Assembly (NCBI GenBank): GCA_050949165.1 | Contig: JBMNFF010000010.1 | Location: 150,251-214,250 of the forward strand | Source of the DNA: Bacillota bacterium | Lineage (GTDB): Bacteria; Bacillota; Proteinivoracia; UBA4975 | Length of the DNA stretch: 64,000 nt | Direction: 5' to 3' | Shown: one piece after another, positions 28,286 to 38,314 of the stretch | How the letters are laid out: each line of letters opens with the position of its first letter | Numbering within the stretch: the first letter of the stretch is position 1 | Program-made: the position numbers and the translations under genes | The notes under the pieces: generated by a model | The model's database searches: none | What the model saw: the letters and a program-made list of their open reading frames with translations, nothing else | Told to the model about the DNA's origin: nothing

Positions 28286-29001
28286 CTAGATATACAGTGT
28301 GGCGGACATGTCCCTCAGCCAAGCCAGGTGCCGGCGATACTCGGGACATGCTCCCTCCACAACCTGCCAAAAGCGCGGGGTATGGTTCATCTCCAGCAAA
28401 TGAGCCAATTCGTGGATAATCACATAGTCTACCACCGGCAAAGGAGCCAGCAACAGCCGCCAGGTAAAATTGAGATTACCCCGGCTGGAGCAACTGCCCA
28501 GGATGGTGGTTTGCCCCTTGACAGTAATGCGATTGAGCTTGTGCTGAAAGTGCAGGCGGTTGAGCTCGGCCACCCGGGGGGAAACCACTGCCTGGCCCGG
28601 GCCAGATAGAGTCTGCCCAGGCATTCCCGCACCCTATCCCGGGTCTGCTCCCCGGGCTCAATAAAAATATCTACTTGGTCTCCCTGCCACCGGCCCTGGG
28701 TCCGGCCGTGGCCGGGGTGCATTCTCAGCACCACCTCCCCCCCCAGGTAGGGCAATATTTGCCCATCGCCATACTCCCTGGTTGGGCAGCGCCGGGAAAG
28801 CTCTTCTATCCTGGCAACCAGCCACTCCCGGTTTTTCGCCAAGAGCCCGTCCAGTTCCGGGGCAGTGCAGCCCAGGGGAGTGCGCAGGATTATGCCTTCC
28901 TGGGGATGCACGCTTATGTGGATCTTCTTAAGCCGGGGAGAAGGCTGGACTTTCCAGGGCAGCGCCCGGCCATCTAAGTAAATTGAATTCACGATTTCCA
29001 C
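28286..29001 (-). pseudogene. M48/YgjP (DUF45) metallopeptidase-like gene, frameshifted
   Basis: N half in one frame and C half (GSCSSRG, HELAH, NHTPRFW) in another; adding one C to the C6 run at 28576-28581 joins them. Confidence 0.85.
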
Positions 29002-29079
29002 CTAGTGTATAATTCGCTCAAAAACAATAACACCCTCTTTGCAGAGGGTGCCTATATTATTTTTTCCCATGACGGGAGC

Positions 29080-29310
29080 CTACCCCTCGCCCCGGAAACG
29101 ACCCTGAGAATAATCGATTAACCAACCCATACAGTCACGGACTGCACAGTAGCCGTGCAATCCCTCCATGATCATGAGGACCCCCAGGACAAAGAGGGCG
29201 TCGTTGACAAGAGGCCTGCCATTGCGGGCCAAGGCATATCCTGCCACCAATCCGCCGCCCACCATGCGCACAACCCGATCCCGGTATTCCAGATTTTGTC
29301 TATAAGTCAA
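29080..29310 (-). CDS. DUF2892 (YgaP-like) membrane protein
   Basis: N...DR.VR...G...GYC motif; sigma-G-like caATA-N18-CACACTA upstream. Confidence 0.75.
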   Translation of the reverse strand: MTYRQNLEYRDRVVRMVGGGLVAGYALARNGRPLVNDALFVLGVLMIMEGLHGYCAVRDCMGWLIDYSQGRFRGEG

Positions 29311-29476
29311 TGGCTTTCACCGTCCTCTTCTTTGCTGTCCTTAGTGTGTGCAACTTGCCCCTTCTTTATTGTTGGCAAGGCGGCAAGATAAATTGACATA
29401 TTGGTTGAGAGAAGAAGGAAAACAGGCCCAGGATGTCTAAGTAATTTTATTGGGTATGGGGTAAGGGGGTATAAGG

Positions 29477-29928
29477 TTGGATAAAACTAAAATTGTCAAG
29501 AATTGGGTCCGCATAACTGGGGCCGAATTTGTGCTGGGCACCAAGGGCAGGGCCTTTGCCCTGGGCTGGAAATTGCTCAACGACTATCTCTTTTTTTGAA
29601 TTCCGGTCACTGTCCCGAGACCAAGGCCCCCCTCTACGACTTCACGCAATTTATCGATACCTTTGCCGACCTAGCTGCCGGCACCGATGACGACCTCTAT
29701 CACTGGATTGTTGCCAACGGGCACACCATAATCGACGTCCTGCACGAGGAGGAGGACCAGCAGGAAGATATCCCCAATTCCCATTGTCCCCTGTGCAGCG
29801 TCCCCCTCACTCCCCAGAATGTCGCCCGGGATCCCAACGGCCATATTCGCACCTCGGCCGTGGGCCGCGCCTGGTGTACGGACTGCGCCCGCAAGGTTCA
29901 GGAAAGAAACTGGTTATCCCCGGATTAG
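29477..29928 (+). pseudogene. Hypothetical Zn-finger protein, frameshifted at a T7 run
   Basis: TTG start with RBS aagggggt gives MDKTKIVKNW...NDYLFF*; adding one T at 29591-29597 continues into LNSGHC...CPLC...CTDC. Confidence 0.65.
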
Positions 29929-30000
29929 TGCGTTCCACTGCGTGAATATCCCTCCCCTTCCCTTGCCACAATAATACTGACCAGCAAAGGAGGGATAGCC

Positions 30001-30417
30001 ATGCACTTGATTCCCCACGAATGGAGACACTTGGACAACTGGCGGCGCGAGATGGAGCGCTTCTTTTCACCCCTGGCCCACGGCTTGAATTCTCCCCGGG
30101 TGGACATCCTGGAGACGGAGGATGAACTGGTAGCGGTGTGTGAGCTTCCCGGGATTGAGAAGAAAGAGGACCTCCATATCGACGTGGCCGACAATACCCT
30201 GATCATCAGCGGCAATTTTCGCCGCTGGCGTGAAATAGAAGACCGTTCCATGCATCGGCGGGAAAGGTATGTGGGCAATTTCACCCGCTCCGTCAGCCTG
30301 CCCCTGCCTGTCAAGGAGGATGAGATCCAGGCCACGTACCGCAACGGGCTCCTGGAGGTGCACATGCCCAAGGCCGACCTGCCCCGGGGAAGGCAAATAG
30401 ATATCGAATTTTCATAA
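30001..30417 (+). CDS. Hsp20/alpha-crystallin small heat shock protein
   Basis: PRVDILET, ERYVGNFTRS..LP, ATYRNGLLEV.MPK. Confidence 0.95.
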   Translation: MHLIPHEWRHLDNWRREMERFFSPLAHGLNSPRVDILETEDELVAVCELPGIEKKEDLHIDVADNTLIISGNFRRWREIEDRSMHRRERYVGNFTRSVSLPLPVKEDEIQATYRNGLLEVHMPKADLPRGRQIDIEFS

Positions 30418-30438
30418 AGGGCGCCTGGAGGCGCCCTT

Positions 30439-32391
30439 TTACCTTTCCCGAATTCCCCGCTCCAGGCATTCCCGGGCCAGGGCAACGGCATGGAGACTGC
30501 TGATGCTCCTGTCCCCTTCTAAACAGACAGTGAGGACCAGGTCGTCAAAATAACATATGTACCAGGCGATCTGGCGATTTCTGGATATTTCCGAGGTGCC
30601 TGTTTTGCCCCGCACCGTCTCCTGGCCCGCCCAGGCCAGGGCCTGTTGGTCAGAGGCGGCATAGGCCAGGACCCGGTCCACCAATTCGAGATTTTCCCGA
30701 GCAAATCCGGTCTCCAGCCAAATCCCATCGGACTCAGTCTCCACAAGGCGGGGGACTGGAATGGTCCCGTCCCGGCGGGCTATGGCTGCATACATCAGGG
30801 TCATGTGCAGGGGGGTTGCCGTCATCTCACCCTGGCCGTAGCTGGTGTCGGCCAGCAGCACCTCGCCCCGACCCTGGTTCCTGACCTGGGACTTTCGATT
30901 ATTAAGGGGCAGGGGGATGTCGGCCCCGAAACCCAAAGCGCCGGCGTATTCCTCAAAGGCCTCCCAGCCTACCTTTAACCCCAGGTCGGCAAAGTAAACG
31001 TTGTCGGACCACTTCATGGCATCCCATAGGTTCACCGGGCCCAGGGGCCTCAGCACCCTGGTCACCTGGTACCCCCCCCAGTCGGGGCTTTTCTGCCAGC
31101 GGAGCGGGGTGTCCCAAGCATGCTCGGGGTCGACCACCCCCTGCTCCAGGGCCATCAGAGCGGTAAAGGGCTTGAAAACCGAACCCGGCGGGTAAACGCC
31201 GTTAAAGGCCCGGTTGAAGAACGGGGTGTCCAGGGCCTCCAGCTCTTGATACTGGCGAGGGGTTATCCCCAGGGCAAAGAGATTGCTGTCAAAGCCCGGT
31301 TTGGATACCGCCCCCAGGATCGCGCCGCTGGTATAGTCCATCAGGAGCATGCTGCCGGTCCAGTCTCCCAGGACCGAGTCCAACAGGCGAATTTTGGCCA
31401 GGTCCAGGGTCGTCCTGACATCCTGGCCCGGCGTCTGCTCCCGTCGGGCCACGGTGGCCACCACCTCCTGACCTTCCCGGATGGTGATGGTGAATCCGGG
31501 CCTCCCGGCCAACACCTCGTCGTAGACCAGCTCCAGACCGGCCTGCCCCACGATGTCACCGGCCCGGAAGCCCAGTTTTTCCAGCTCTGCCAGCCTTTCT
31601 GCCTGGATTTCCCCCACATAGCCCACAGTCTGGGCCAGGGAATCGGGAATATTGTACACCCTTGCCTCCCTTTCCCGGTCCAGGACGCCCTTAATTGCCG
31701 TCAGGGCCGGGCGCAACTGGAGCCAATCCTGCTGGCTCAGGGTCTGAACGGGGACGAAGGTATCGTCCCGAACCCAGGCCTGCTCCAACAGGGAGCGAAT
31801 CTCTTCCTCCTGCCTATCCAGGAGCAAGGCCAGGCGGCCAAGGCTGTGCTCATCCATGCTCCCCGGCACAAGCCCGACGCTGTATGCCGAACCGGTAGTA
31901 GCCAGGGGCGCATTGTCCCGATCCAGAATGCTGCCCCGCCGGGGCATCTGCCGACTGACCCGAACCACCCGCTGGGCCGTCAACTGGGGAAAGATGTGGC
32001 AATGGTCCCAGTCTAGTTTCCAGCCTTGGGGGGTTTCCGCAACTTCCAGGGAATAATCCTGGGTAAAACTCCCCACCGTGGTGGTCTCGAACTCCAGGGT
32101 GTACAGCAACTCCTGTTCGGCCTGGGTAACCTGGCGCAGGCTCAGCCGCGCAAGGCCGATTCCCTCTGCAATATTGGCGTGGCGAGTGCAAAAGGTCTCT
32201 TCATCGCACTGCGCCTGGCTCTCGGCGGAAAGCATCTGGTACATTTCCGACCAGTTTCCCTGTTCCCAGAGCCGGATATACTGGGCCAGGGCGGCCTCAG
32301 GACCTGGCTCCTCCCTCCCTTCGCAACCAGTCAGGAGCAGAGCCAGAGCCCCGCAGAGCAAAATTATCAGGCAGCAGCTTTTCTTAACCAT
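30439..32391 (-). CDS. Class B penicillin-binding lipoprotein (MecA/PbpC-like)
   Basis: Lipobox LTGC; NTF2-like N-terminus; RGSILDR; SVFK, SDN and KTG motifs. Confidence 0.92.
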   Translation of the reverse strand: MVKKSCCLIILLCGALALLLTGCEGREEPGPEAALAQYIRLWEQGNWSEMYQMLSAESQAQCDEETFCTRHANIAEGIGLARLSLRQVTQAEQELLYTLEFETTTVGSFTQDYSLEVAETPQGWKLDWDHCHIFPQLTAQRVVRVSRQMPRRGSILDRDNAPLATTGSAYSVGLVPGSMDEHSLGRLALLLDRQEEEIRSLLEQAWVRDDTFVPVQTLSQQDWLQLRPALTAIKGVLDREREARVYNIPDSLAQTVGYVGEIQAERLAELEKLGFRAGDIVGQAGLELVYDEVLAGRPGFTITIREGQEVVATVARREQTPGQDVRTTLDLAKIRLLDSVLGDWTGSMLLMDYTSGAILGAVSKPGFDSNLFALGITPRQYQELEALDTPFFNRAFNGVYPPGSVFKPFTALMALEQGVVDPEHAWDTPLRWQKSPDWGGYQVTRVLRPLGPVNLWDAMKWSDNVYFADLGLKVGWEAFEEYAGALGFGADIPLPLNNRKSQVRNQGRGEVLLADTSYGQGEMTATPLHMTLMYAAIARRDGTIPVPRLVETESDGIWLETGFARENLELVDRVLAYAASDQQALAWAGQETVRGKTGTSEISRNRQIAWYICYFDDLVLTVCLEGDRSISSLHAVALARECLERGIRER

Positions 32392-32412
32392 ACCCACTCT
32401 CCTTTTTGTTCT

Positions 32413-32442
32413 GAATAAGCTTTCCGGCCAAGGTTCAAACTA
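32413..32442 (+). promoter_or_regulatory. Sigma-G-type promoter
   Basis: GAATA-N18-CAAACTA. Confidence 0.65.
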
Positions 32443-32484
32443 AGGGCGGCGAGAAGTTCTGAACATAATAAGGAGGTCGCGCCC

Positions 32485-32670
32485 ATGTCACAACTCAATC
32501 AGATGGAGCTGCAAAACCTGCGCCACATCATTGGCTGCCACGATGTAGCAGCCCAAAAGCTGGAAGCCTATTCCCAGTCCCTCACCGATCCCGAGATCAA
32601 GCAGATGTTCCAACAATCGGCCCAGTCCGCCCGCAGCGCCAAGCAAAAGCTGATGTCATTTCTCAACTAG
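32485..32670 (+). CDS. Small spore protein (ferritin-like, Coat F partner)
   Basis: LNQMELQNLRHIIG...DPEIKQMFQQSA. Confidence 0.8.
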   Translation: MSQLNQMELQNLRHIIGCHDVAAQKLEAYSQSLTDPEIKQMFQQSAQSARSAKQKLMSFLN

Positions 32671-32680
32671 GAGGGAAATT

Positions 32681-32929
32681 ATGCGAGAAAAAGATATGGT
32701 CAACGATGTCCTCTCGATGATCAACAGCAGCCTCACCACCTATGCCAGCGCCATCGCCGAGAGCGAGAATCCGCAGCTTCGCCAAACCTTGCAACAGATG
32801 CGCAACAGCGATGAGCAGTTTCAGTTCCAGCTCAGCCAGGCTGCCATGCAAAAGGGATACTATCAGCCTGCCCAAAAGGCCAGTCCCCAGGATATCCAGC
32901 AGCTGAAATCCCAGCTGAGCAGCAGCTGA
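32681..32929 (+). CDS. Coat F domain spore protein
   Basis: EKDMVND.LS...YA.AI.E..NPQLRQ...KGYY.PA. Confidence 0.85.
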   Translation: MREKDMVNDVLSMINSSLTTYASAIAESENPQLRQTLQQMRNSDEQFQFQLSQAAMQKGYYQPAQKASPQDIQQLKSQLSSS

Positions 32930-32963
32930 CCTTTACCCCTTATATAAACCAAAAGAGCGCGAT

Positions 32964-33764
32964 TTATTCGCGCTCTTCTCTATCCATGATATTTATATTG
33001 CCTGTGTCAGCAGGTTGCACCGGATTGCGTTCCTCGGCTTCGTAATTCATCAAGTAAATTGCCCCGTCATGGTAAACGCTGGTGATTTCTCCACTTTCAG
33101 TCAGGTAAATCTGGACTGTATGCCCTTTCTTGAAGGCAATCTGCAGGGGGAATTGAAATTCCTTTACCACATTTCCGGTTCTTATCCGAACCCGGGTTTG
33201 ATGATTGTGGTTGCGGCCAAATTCAGATAGACTTGCCCCCATCAAAAACCCCTCAACATCCCCCATGGCGCTGATGCCAATTCTGGGATAATCGACGATT
33301 ACGCCATGAATTGGAGGGCTCTCCAAGACCTTCTCCTCTATATAGGTCAAGTCGGCCCGGAGGACAAGATCACCATTTTCGAAACCTTGCTGCGTGCTAT
33401 CGAAGAAAACATACCCGGAAATATCCAGACCCTCTGTGTCAATACAGTTGTCTAAGTCACATCCATGGGCGAGGAAGTCGAATTGATAATAGTCCTCAGG
33501 GCTGGCAGGGTAAAAACCTTGCCCCCGGTCATGCCCATGATTCCATGCCCCTTTGACCTTTTCCAGCAATATATCTTCTTTTACCTTGCCCCAGAAATGA
33601 CGACATTGGTAAATGTCCCCCAGCCGTGATTTCACCAAGTCCCAGTTAATTCTGCTGTTATCCAATGGGGTTTCACACAGGGCCACCACCAGTTCCTGTC
33701 CCGAGGAGACACGCCCGAACACAAAACCGATATGTTTCCCATCACAACCTCGCACGTTGAACAT
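32964..33764 (-). CDS. Hypothetical protein (lower GC)
   Basis: 266-aa ORF with RBS aaggggga; no recognised motif. Confidence 0.6.
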   Translation of the reverse strand: MFNVRGCDGKHIGFVFGRVSSGQELVVALCETPLDNSRINWDLVKSRLGDIYQCRHFWGKVKEDILLEKVKGAWNHGHDRGQGFYPASPEDYYQFDFLAHGCDLDNCIDTEGLDISGYVFFDSTQQGFENGDLVLRADLTYIEEKVLESPPIHGVIVDYPRIGISAMGDVEGFLMGASLSEFGRNHNHQTRVRIRTGNVVKEFQFPLQIAFKKGHTVQIYLTESGEITSVYHDGAIYLMNYEAEERNPVQPADTGNINIMDREERE

Positions 33765-33858
33765 GCTATTCCCCCTTGGCAATAATCCTGCGGGCAGGCC
33801 GGGCGAAGATCATCCAGCCCGGCCCGCGAGGTTGGCACTGAGAGAAATGCCCCCGCAG

Positions 33859-35637
33859 TTATTCTGTGAGCCGTAGAAACTCCCTGGCGTCGGCCACCGC
33901 CGTGTCCACGGCCTGCTGCCAGAAATCCCGCCGGGTCAGGTCCACACCCAGGTGGCGCGCAGCCAACTCCTCTACCTTCATGCTGCCGGTATCCCGGAGC
34001 AAATTGATGTACCGCTGTTCAAAATCCGCCACACCCTGCTTGAAGAGTGCGTAGATTCCCGAGCTGAACAGGAAGCCAAAGGTGTAGGGGAAGTTATAGA
34101 AGGGCACCCCGGTATTGTAAAAGTGGAGCTTGGAGCACCAGAACCGGGGATGCCAGACATCCAGGCTGTCCCGGTAGGCCTGCTTCTGGGCCTCCAGCAT
34201 CAATTCATTGAGGCGGCCGGCGCCAACGGGGCCGCGACGGCGCTCCTCATAGAAGTTGGTCTCGAAGATAAAGCGGGCATGGATATTCATGAACATCGCA
34301 ATGCTTCTCTCCACCTTTTCGCCCAGGAGGGAGATCTTCTCTTCCTGGGTAGCGGCGCTCAGCACCGAGGCGTCGGCCACCACCAGCTCGTTAAAGGTGG
34401 AGGCGGTCTCGGCCACGTTCATGGCATAGCGCTGGGCAAGGAGGGGAAGGTCCGTCATCACGTGCTGATGGAAGGAGTGCCCCAGCTCATGGGCCAGGGT
34501 GGAGACATTGCCGGGAGTCCCGGCAAAGGTGGTAAAGACCCTGGTCTCCTTGCTGACGGGGAAACTGGTGCAGAAGGCCCCGGCCCGCTTAAAGCCCCGG
34601 TCCTCCGCTTCCACCCAGCGCTTCTCGAAGGCGGAGACGACGAATTCCGCCATTCTGGGGCTGACCTTGGCCAGCTGCTGAACGACAAAATTGGCGGCCT
34701 CATCAAAGCTATAGGTCTTGCTGACCTTGCCCAGGGGAGCGTCCACGTCGTACCAGGTCAGCTTCTCCAGGCCCAAGAGCTGCTTCTTGCGGGCCAGGTA
34801 TTGGGCGAAGACGTCCTTATTGTCCTCGATGACGCCCCACATGGCGTCCAGGGTCTTCTGCTCCATCCGGTTGTATTCCAGGGGTTCCCGGTGCACCGAA
34901 TCCCAGCCCCGGTGCTTATAGAGGTTGAGGCGGAACCCGGCCAGATGGTTGAGGGCAGCGGCGCATAGCTCCTCCTCCTGCTCCCAGGCCCGCTCCCAGG
35001 CTTCTCCCGCCTGAGCCCGAACCTCAGGATCAGGGTCGGAAAAGAGGTTGACGAACTGGCCCACCGAAAGCTCCGTCTTCTTGCCCTCCTTCTCCCAGGC
35101 AATGGCCATCCTGCCGGTGATAATATTGTAAAGCTCCGACCAGCCGTGATAGCCGTCCACAGCCAGGTCGGTGACCAGCTTTTCCTGGTGGGCGGGCAGC
35201 TTATCCTTGGCCCGACGGCGCATTTCGTCCAAACCAAAGGCGATGGGCTTAAATTCCGGGGTTCCCAGCAACCGAGCCCACACTTCATCGTCCAAATTGA
35301 GCATTTTCTCATCCACCGCTGTCAGCACCGAGTCCAGGGCAGCATATTGTTGCCGCAACTTGCCGCCCAGAAGCTTAGCCTGATTGTCCCTGGTATTTTG
35401 GGCATTGAGGCAGCCGATGAAAGCTCCCGCCTGGCGCAGGCGGGCGGCGACATCCTGGACCCGGGCGAAAAGCTCCTGCCACTGGCCCTGATCATCGCCG
35501 GCGGGAATAAAACCGGGCAGTGCTTCTACATCTGCCGCCACCTTCCGGAGATGGGCTTCCAGCTCTTTTGAACTGCTGCCACCGGGGAAGATTGAATCCA
35601 GGTCCCAGACCGGATTGAGGTCCTTTAACAACACCAT
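33859..35637 (-). CDS. M3 family oligoendopeptidase (PepF-like)
   Basis: KRAGAFC, TLAHELGHSFH, AETAS, FYNFPYTFG. Confidence 0.95.
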   Translation of the reverse strand: MVLLKDLNPVWDLDSIFPGGSSSKELEAHLRKVAADVEALPGFIPAGDDQGQWQELFARVQDVAARLRQAGAFIGCLNAQNTRDNQAKLLGGKLRQQYAALDSVLTAVDEKMLNLDDEVWARLLGTPEFKPIAFGLDEMRRRAKDKLPAHQEKLVTDLAVDGYHGWSELYNIITGRMAIAWEKEGKKTELSVGQFVNLFSDPDPEVRAQAGEAWERAWEQEEELCAAALNHLAGFRLNLYKHRGWDSVHREPLEYNRMEQKTLDAMWGVIEDNKDVFAQYLARKKQLLGLEKLTWYDVDAPLGKVSKTYSFDEAANFVVQQLAKVSPRMAEFVVSAFEKRWVEAEDRGFKRAGAFCTSFPVSKETRVFTTFAGTPGNVSTLAHELGHSFHQHVMTDLPLLAQRYAMNVAETASTFNELVVADASVLSAATQEEKISLLGEKVERSIAMFMNIHARFIFETNFYEERRRGPVGAGRLNELMLEAQKQAYRDSLDVWHPRFWCSKLHFYNTGVPFYNFPYTFGFLFSSGIYALFKQGVADFEQRYINLLRDTGSMKVEELAARHLGVDLTRRDFWQQAVDTAVADAREFLRLTE

Positions 35638-35705
35638 CCCTCCAAACTTATTTCTGTCTTAGATTATTTCGACACTCGACAGATAATCCCTGCCGAACTG
35701 CCAGG

Positions 35706-36719
35706 TTACAGCCAACCCCGCTGATACTGGCGGGGGACCTCCAGCTCCAACCCCAATTCCCTGGCGGCATAGATGGGCCAGTTGGGATTGCGGAGGAGCT
35801 CCCGCCCCAGCAGGACCAAGTCAGCTCGCCCGTTGGCCACGATTTCTTCGGCCTGGGGAGCCGAAGTGATGAGGCCCACGGCGGAGGTGGGTATGCCCAG
35901 TTCCCGGCGGTACAGCTCCGCCCAGGGGACCTGGTAACCAGGGTAGGGGTCGATGGGAACGGGGACCACGGCGCCGCTGGAACAGTCCAGGAGGTCGACT
36001 CCCTGTTGCTGCATGCGCCGGACGGCCTCCAGATAATCACGGGGGTGGTTGCCCTGGGAGTGGTATTCTTCGGCAGAAATGCGCACCATTATGGGACCCT
36101 TCCACACAGATTTTATCCCTTCAATGACCTCGCCCAAGAGGCGGTAGCGGTTTTCCCAATTGCCGCCGTATCTGTCGGTGCGCTGGTTGACCAGGGGCGA
36201 GAGGAATTGGTTGAGCAAGTAACCATGGGCAGCGTGAATCTCCAGAACTTGAAAACCAGCTTCTCTGGCCCGCCGGGCCGCCGCCTGAAAATCTGACACC
36301 ACCTTGGCGATGTCCGTTTCAGTCATCTCCCGAGGCGTGGAGTATTTGTCATCGAAGGCAATTGCCGAAGGGGCGAGCCCCGGGCCCTCCACCCCAGCCT
36401 TGCGCCCGGCATGGTTCAATTGAACGGCGGCCACACACTGCTCCTTGACAATATTGACCAGAGTTTGCATGCCGGCAATCTGCCCATCCTCCCATAGCCC
36501 CAAATCGTGGGGAGAAATCCTTCCCTCAGGAGACACCGCCGTGGCTTCCACAATTATCATCCCCACCTGGCCCATGGCTCTGGCTCCATAGTGGACCAGG
36601 TGCCAGGGAGTGACCCTGCCGTCCTCGGCCATACAGGAGTAAGTGCACATGGGCGACATGACGACGCGATTCTTCAGGGCTACGCCGCCCAGACCATAAG
36701 GAGTAAAGAGCTTTGCCAC
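35706..36719 (-). CDS. namA: NADPH dehydrogenase (old yellow enzyme, YqjM/NamA)
   Basis: [31 protein letters not shown]. Confidence 0.93.
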   Translation of the reverse strand: MAKLFTPYGLGGVALKNRVVMSPMCTYSCMAEDGRVTPWHLVHYGARAMGQVGMIIVEATAVSPEGRISPHDLGLWEDGQIAGMQTLVNIVKEQCVAAVQLNHAGRKAGVEGPGLAPSAIAFDDKYSTPREMTETDIAKVVSDFQAAARRAREAGFQVLEIHAAHGYLLNQFLSPLVNQRTDRYGGNWENRYRLLGEVIEGIKSVWKGPIMVRISAEEYHSQGNHPRDYLEAVRRMQQQGVDLLDCSSGAVVPVPIDPYPGYQVPWAELYRRELGIPTSAVGLITSAPQAEEIVANGRADLVLLGRELLRNPNWPIYAARELGLELEVPRQYQRGWL

Positions 36720-36904
36720 CGCTATCATCCTTTCCCTCATTCTGGTGTAATTCTAACATTCCCCACCGGCCCTTGCCATGGCGGCCGGTTTGCTGTCCAA
36801 GGTGCAGGAATAGGCAAAATTGCAATGTTAATGAGCAATTATAAAATATCCCCGCGCCCTGACCCGTGGTATACTGCCACCAATATCGTGGAGGAGTGGA
36901 GGAA

Positions 36905-38290
36905 TTGAAAACCTGGAAAATTATCCTGGCATTCCTTTTAATCACAACCCTGATTTTCGTCGCGGCGGGATGCGACAATACCAAGAATCCCGATGATGAC
37001 CCCGGCTTGGACCCGGGGGAGGACCCCAGCCTTGACCCAGGAGAAGACCCCGGGGAGGACCCTGGCCCTGACCCTGGAGATCCCCTGGCAGTTACTCCTG
37101 TCCCCGAGGGCGAGATCGGCCTGGTGGATAAGGCGGTAATCCACCTGGGCGACTTGTGGCTGGGCTCAGCTAATGGTTTATGGCGTCAGACCGATTCCGG
37201 CGATGTCACTGAAATTGTCTGGGCTCCCGATGGCCATGGCCTGATATATTTCCGGGAAACAGACACCAACATTCCCGGGCAGGATCTTTACTACCTGGCC
37301 CTGGGCGAAGATCCAGTCCTTCTGGAAAGAAATGTTCAAGCCAACAAAGCCTGGCTTAACAAAAACGATTGGCTCTGGAATCCCGACAGCGATTCGGTGG
37401 CCTATGCCCTGGACCATGGCACTGAGCTTGTGAATTTGTATCTCCAGGATATGACGAAGACAAGAATCCCCATTACCAAACCCTATGGCCAGGGACCTTA
37501 CTGGCTGTCCAACGGCCTCATGGTATATGGCACGGCAACGGAAAGGCCGGAGGTAATAGTAATCAATGCCATAGGTGGAGTTCAAGGGGAAGTGCTGGAT
37601 GCCACCCTGCCCTATCCCCTGCCCGAAGGCATGATTATCGCCGTGGGCGAGTATGATCCCGATGGTATAATGGATACCTTTTTCTTAACCGGCTTGGCCC
37701 GCGCCAACGATGACGGCTCTGGCCCCGCCCAAGTTTGCGAGGAAATTTCCAAATATCATCTGTTGGCCAGGGACCCTGTGCTGCCCGGCAGCCTGACCCT
37801 GCCACGGTACTTGGCGATTTCCAGCCCCGAGGCCCTGTTCCTGCAAAAATATGCGGGAATTGCCAGCAAAGGTATTCCTAACACCGTCGAATTGCTGACC
37901 CAGGATGTGTTCGTGACGTATTCCGAGTTTTCCTACCCCTTCTGGTTCGCTTGGGCTCCCGATGGCAGCTATATCGCCGCCCTGCCTTTCACCTTAACCC
38001 AGCCCGGCGATGTCGAGCAGGAGGGTTACTGGGATCTGGTCCTGGTCGATGAAAAAGCCAACCGGAGAGTGGTCCTGGAGAATATTTATTCCGTCAAAGG
38101 CTTCGAAATGCCGGTACCCTTCCAATACAGGATGCCATTGAATTGGGCCCCAGACTGCACCCATATCAACTACCTGCAGGACCGCGCCGATGAAATGGGG
38201 CAAGACTGGTGGCAGGTCGATATCGATAAAGGCGTCGCCACAAAGGTCTTGGAAAAGAGCGGCTTGCCAGAATACCGCCCACAACCATAA
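36905..38290 (+). CDS. Lipoprotein with a DPG-repeat linker and a TolB-like beta-propeller
   Basis: Lipobox AAGC; DPGL-DPGE-DPSL-DPGE-DPGE-DPGP-DPG; repeated WAPDG/WNPDS blades. Confidence 0.75.
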   Translation: MKTWKIILAFLLITTLIFVAAGCDNTKNPDDDPGLDPGEDPSLDPGEDPGEDPGPDPGDPLAVTPVPEGEIGLVDKAVIHLGDLWLGSANGLWRQTDSGDVTEIVWAPDGHGLIYFRETDTNIPGQDLYYLALGEDPVLLERNVQANKAWLNKNDWLWNPDSDSVAYALDHGTELVNLYLQDMTKTRIPITKPYGQGPYWLSNGLMVYGTATERPEVIVINAIGGVQGEVLDATLPYPLPEGMIIAVGEYDPDGIMDTFFLTGLARANDDGSGPAQVCEEISKYHLLARDPVLPGSLTLPRYLAISSPEALFLQKYAGIASKGIPNTVELLTQDVFVTYSEFSYPFWFAWAPDGSYIAALPFTLTQPGDVEQEGYWDLVLVDEKANRRVVLENIYSVKGFEMPVPFQYRMPLNWAPDCTHINYLQDRADEMGQDWWQVDIDKGVATKVLEKSGLPEYRPQP

Positions 38291-38314
38291 AGGTCGGGTT
38301 TTCCCGACCTTTTA

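Noticed and set aside
29597-29599. TGA as selenocysteine
   Set aside because: In-frame read-through ends after ~25 codons with no motif; the -1 frame explains the downstream coding region.
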